From an uncultured Acidobacteriota bacterium (lineage in GTDB: Bacteria; Acidobacteriota; UBA6911; RPQK01; JAPXNP01), in assembly GCA_963777605.1 (NCBI GenBank), contig CAVZRV010000011.1, positions 352,001 to 416,000 on the forward strand: a stretch of 64,000 nt of DNA, in the 5' to 3' direction. Made by a program: the position numbers and the translations under genes. The notes beneath the pieces were generated by a model that was given only the letters and a program-made list of their open reading frames with translations, was not told the origin of the DNA and did no database searches. Positions 62,160 through 64,000 of this stretch are shown here, piece after piece; positions within the stretch are counted from its first letter, which is position 1; the number at the start of each line of letters is the position of its first letter.

Positions 62160-64000
62160 TCAGAGCTTCCCGTCGATCCGGACTCCAACGATCTTCACGG
62201 GCTTGGTCTTCCCTTTGACCAGGACATCACCGAGTTCCTCGAAGTCATAGCTGCCCTGCAGTCGGCTGCGGGTGAATTCGCTGATGATCATCCGACACTT
62301 GTATTCCTTGCAGAGCGACTCCAGGCGCGACCCCAGGTTGACGTTGTCGCCGATTACGGTGTAGCTGCGAATCGACTCGGCACCAACATTCCCGGCAATC
62401 ATCTCTCCCGTGTTGATCCCGACGCCGGAAGCCAGTGGCGGCAACCCCCGCTCAGCCCAGCCCACGTTCAATTCGGCGAGGCGCTTCTGCATCGCGATTC
62501 CACACTGCACCGCGTGGTCGGCGTGCATTGGATCGGAAAGCGGCGCGTTGAACAGGGCCATGATCATGTCCCCGACAAACTTGTCCACCGTTCCCTGGTG
62601 AGCGAAGACGATATCGACCATCGCCGAGAAGTACTCGTTGAGAAGAGTGACAATTTCTTCAGGAGACCGGCTCTCGGACAGGGTAGTAAACCCCCTGATA
62701 TCGGAGAACAGAACCGTAACCGTCATCCGCTGCCCGCCCAGGCGGGCGGCCTCCGGGTCGTTCATGAGCTGGTCAAACACGTCCCGCGAAACATAGCGGG
62801 AGAAAATCCCCTTTACCTGCCGCTTCTCGGCGCCTTCGACCCAGTACTGGTAGGCCAGGCCGGAGCCGAGAGCCAGACTCCAGCACAGGATCGCCGCCGC
62901 AACTGGCAACCGGTAATGGTGGGCTTCGAACAGGTACTGGGCCAGCCAGAGATAGCCCCCCAGAAGAACCATACTCACGGGACCGGCGAAAGCCAGCCTC
63001 AGGTAGAAAACAAATACCACGACCAGCAACGTCACCAGCAGCCCGAGAAACCAGTTCAGCCAGCCGGGCGGGTCTACCAGGTACCGGTCGTGGAGCAGAT
63101 CGTCGAGAACGTTGGCGTGGACCTCGACACCCGGCATTTTGCCAAGCTGGCCCCCTTCTCCCCCTTCGTTTGACTCCTCGGCCGACCCGGAGTAGGGAGT
63201 CGTGAACATGTCGTAAAGCCCCGTGGCATTCACACCGACAAAGACAATCTTGTCCTTGAACTCAGCCGGGTCGAGGCCCGGCGACTCACCTGCGTCAATC
63301 TGCAACTGCGAATAGACGACGTGGCTGTAGCTGAAAGAGGGGTAGGTACCGGGTCCGCCGTTGAACCAGATCGGAAGGCGCCAGTCGGAATTCAGCGGAA
63401 TCCGGCTGGACGCGGCCGTCACGCTCTGATCGGCGATCCGGAAATCGGTCGGTTCCTTCGACTGGAGAGCCAGGTAGCCTGCCAGCGCCAGCGACGGGAA
63501 CACGCGACCGTTGGCCCATCCGACAACCAGGTAGTGCCGGAAGGGACCGTCTGAGTCGAGCGCGTTCGCCGCGTGCCCGATCGCCTTGGCAGCCTCGGCG
63601 AGCGCCGGGTAGGGGAGGTCGATCTGGATGAAGGGAAGGCCGGGTGCCTCACCGGGTTGCGAAAACCGGTCCAGCACAGCTGAATCCTCGGGATTCTCGA
63701 CTGCGGTGTTGTCCTGATCTCCGAGAAACACGGCATGCACCACCCGTCCACATTCTGCGGTTTCCGTTGCGAAATAGGCATCGCCGTCGGGGTCGCTCAG
63801 GTTCTCTTCTGTGAAAAGCACGTCGTAAATGACGAGCCGGGCACCCGCTTCCTTCATGAACTTCAGGAAGAGGCCGTGCACCTCCCGACTCCACGGCCAG
63901 CGCCCGAAAGCCGGTTCAAGATGTTTGATACTATTGTCATCAATTTCGGCAAGCACGATGTCGGGGGAGGCGGAATCCTGTTTCCCCAGAATCCGGAATC
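62160..64000 (-). CDS. Second CHASE2-domain class III adenylate cyclase (5' end outside window)
   Basis: Frame is open to the window edge. GRWPWSR, DSDGPFR, MPGVEVHAN and 3 TM. FSDIRGFT, DKFVGD and YTVIGDNVNLGSRLES. Confidence 0.92.
   Translation of the reverse strand, partial: FRILGKQDSASPDIVLAEIDDNSIKHLEPAFGRWPWSREVHGLFLKFMKEAGARLVIYDVLFTEENLSDPDGDAYFATETAECGRVVHAVFLGDQDNTAVENPEDSAVLDRFSQPGEAPGLPFIQIDLPYPALAEAAKAIGHAANALDSDGPFRHYLVVGWANGRVFPSLALAGYLALQSKEPTDFRIADQSVTAASSRIPLNSDWRLPIWFNGGPGTYPSFSYSHVVYSQLQIDAGESPGLDPAEFKDKIVFVGVNATGLYDMFTTPYSGSAEESNEGGEGGQLGKMPGVEVHANVLDDLLHDRYLVDPPGWLNWFLGLLVTLLVVVFVFYLRLAFAGPVSMVLLGGYLWLAQYLFEAHHYRLPVAAAILCWSLALGSGLAYQYWVEGAEKRQVKGIFSRYVSRDVFDQLMNDPEAARLGGQRMTVTVLFSDIRGFTTLSESRSPEEIVTLLNEYFSAMVDIVFAHQGTVDKFVGDMIMALFNAPLSDPMHADHAVQCGIAMQKRLAELNVGWAERGLPPLASGVGINTGEMIAGNVGAESIRSYTVIGDNVNLGSRLESLCKEYKCRMIISEFTRSRLQGSYDFEELGDVLVKGKTKPVKIVGVRIDGKL

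Overview
GC-rich chromosomal window from a diderm bacterium. Acidobacteriota is the likely source; this is an inference from the dcw gene order without murB/ddl and from the styles of secreted protein. In order it holds: a sugar-catabolism and cell-wall precursor region (iolG-like dehydrogenase, GH172/DUF2961, glmM, GlmU-like acetyltransferase, GH127-type glycosidase, small beta-barrel, Tat-signal aldo/keto reductase); lpdA-acnA-gntP-LonN; thyA-folA; an ECF sigma / double zinc-finger anti-sigma / membrane-protein locus whose target promoter is visible twice; a ~1640-aa multidomain S8 protease; a nadK cluster; dinG, glyA and proS; a 14-gene dcw cluster (mraZ to ftsZ) followed by glk; and a FecR-TPR-beta-barrel receptor followed by two convergent CHASE2 adenylate cyclases, resembling the NsrA/CyaK trans-envelope cAMP module. 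Six genes show single-base frameshifts that are most simply read as assembly errors. Two ~120-nt fold-back intergenic elements are present, one between murG and murC and one between glk and the receptor gene. I saw no tRNA, rRNA, CRISPR array, transposase or prophage. All family calls come from motif recognition by eye; no searches were run.
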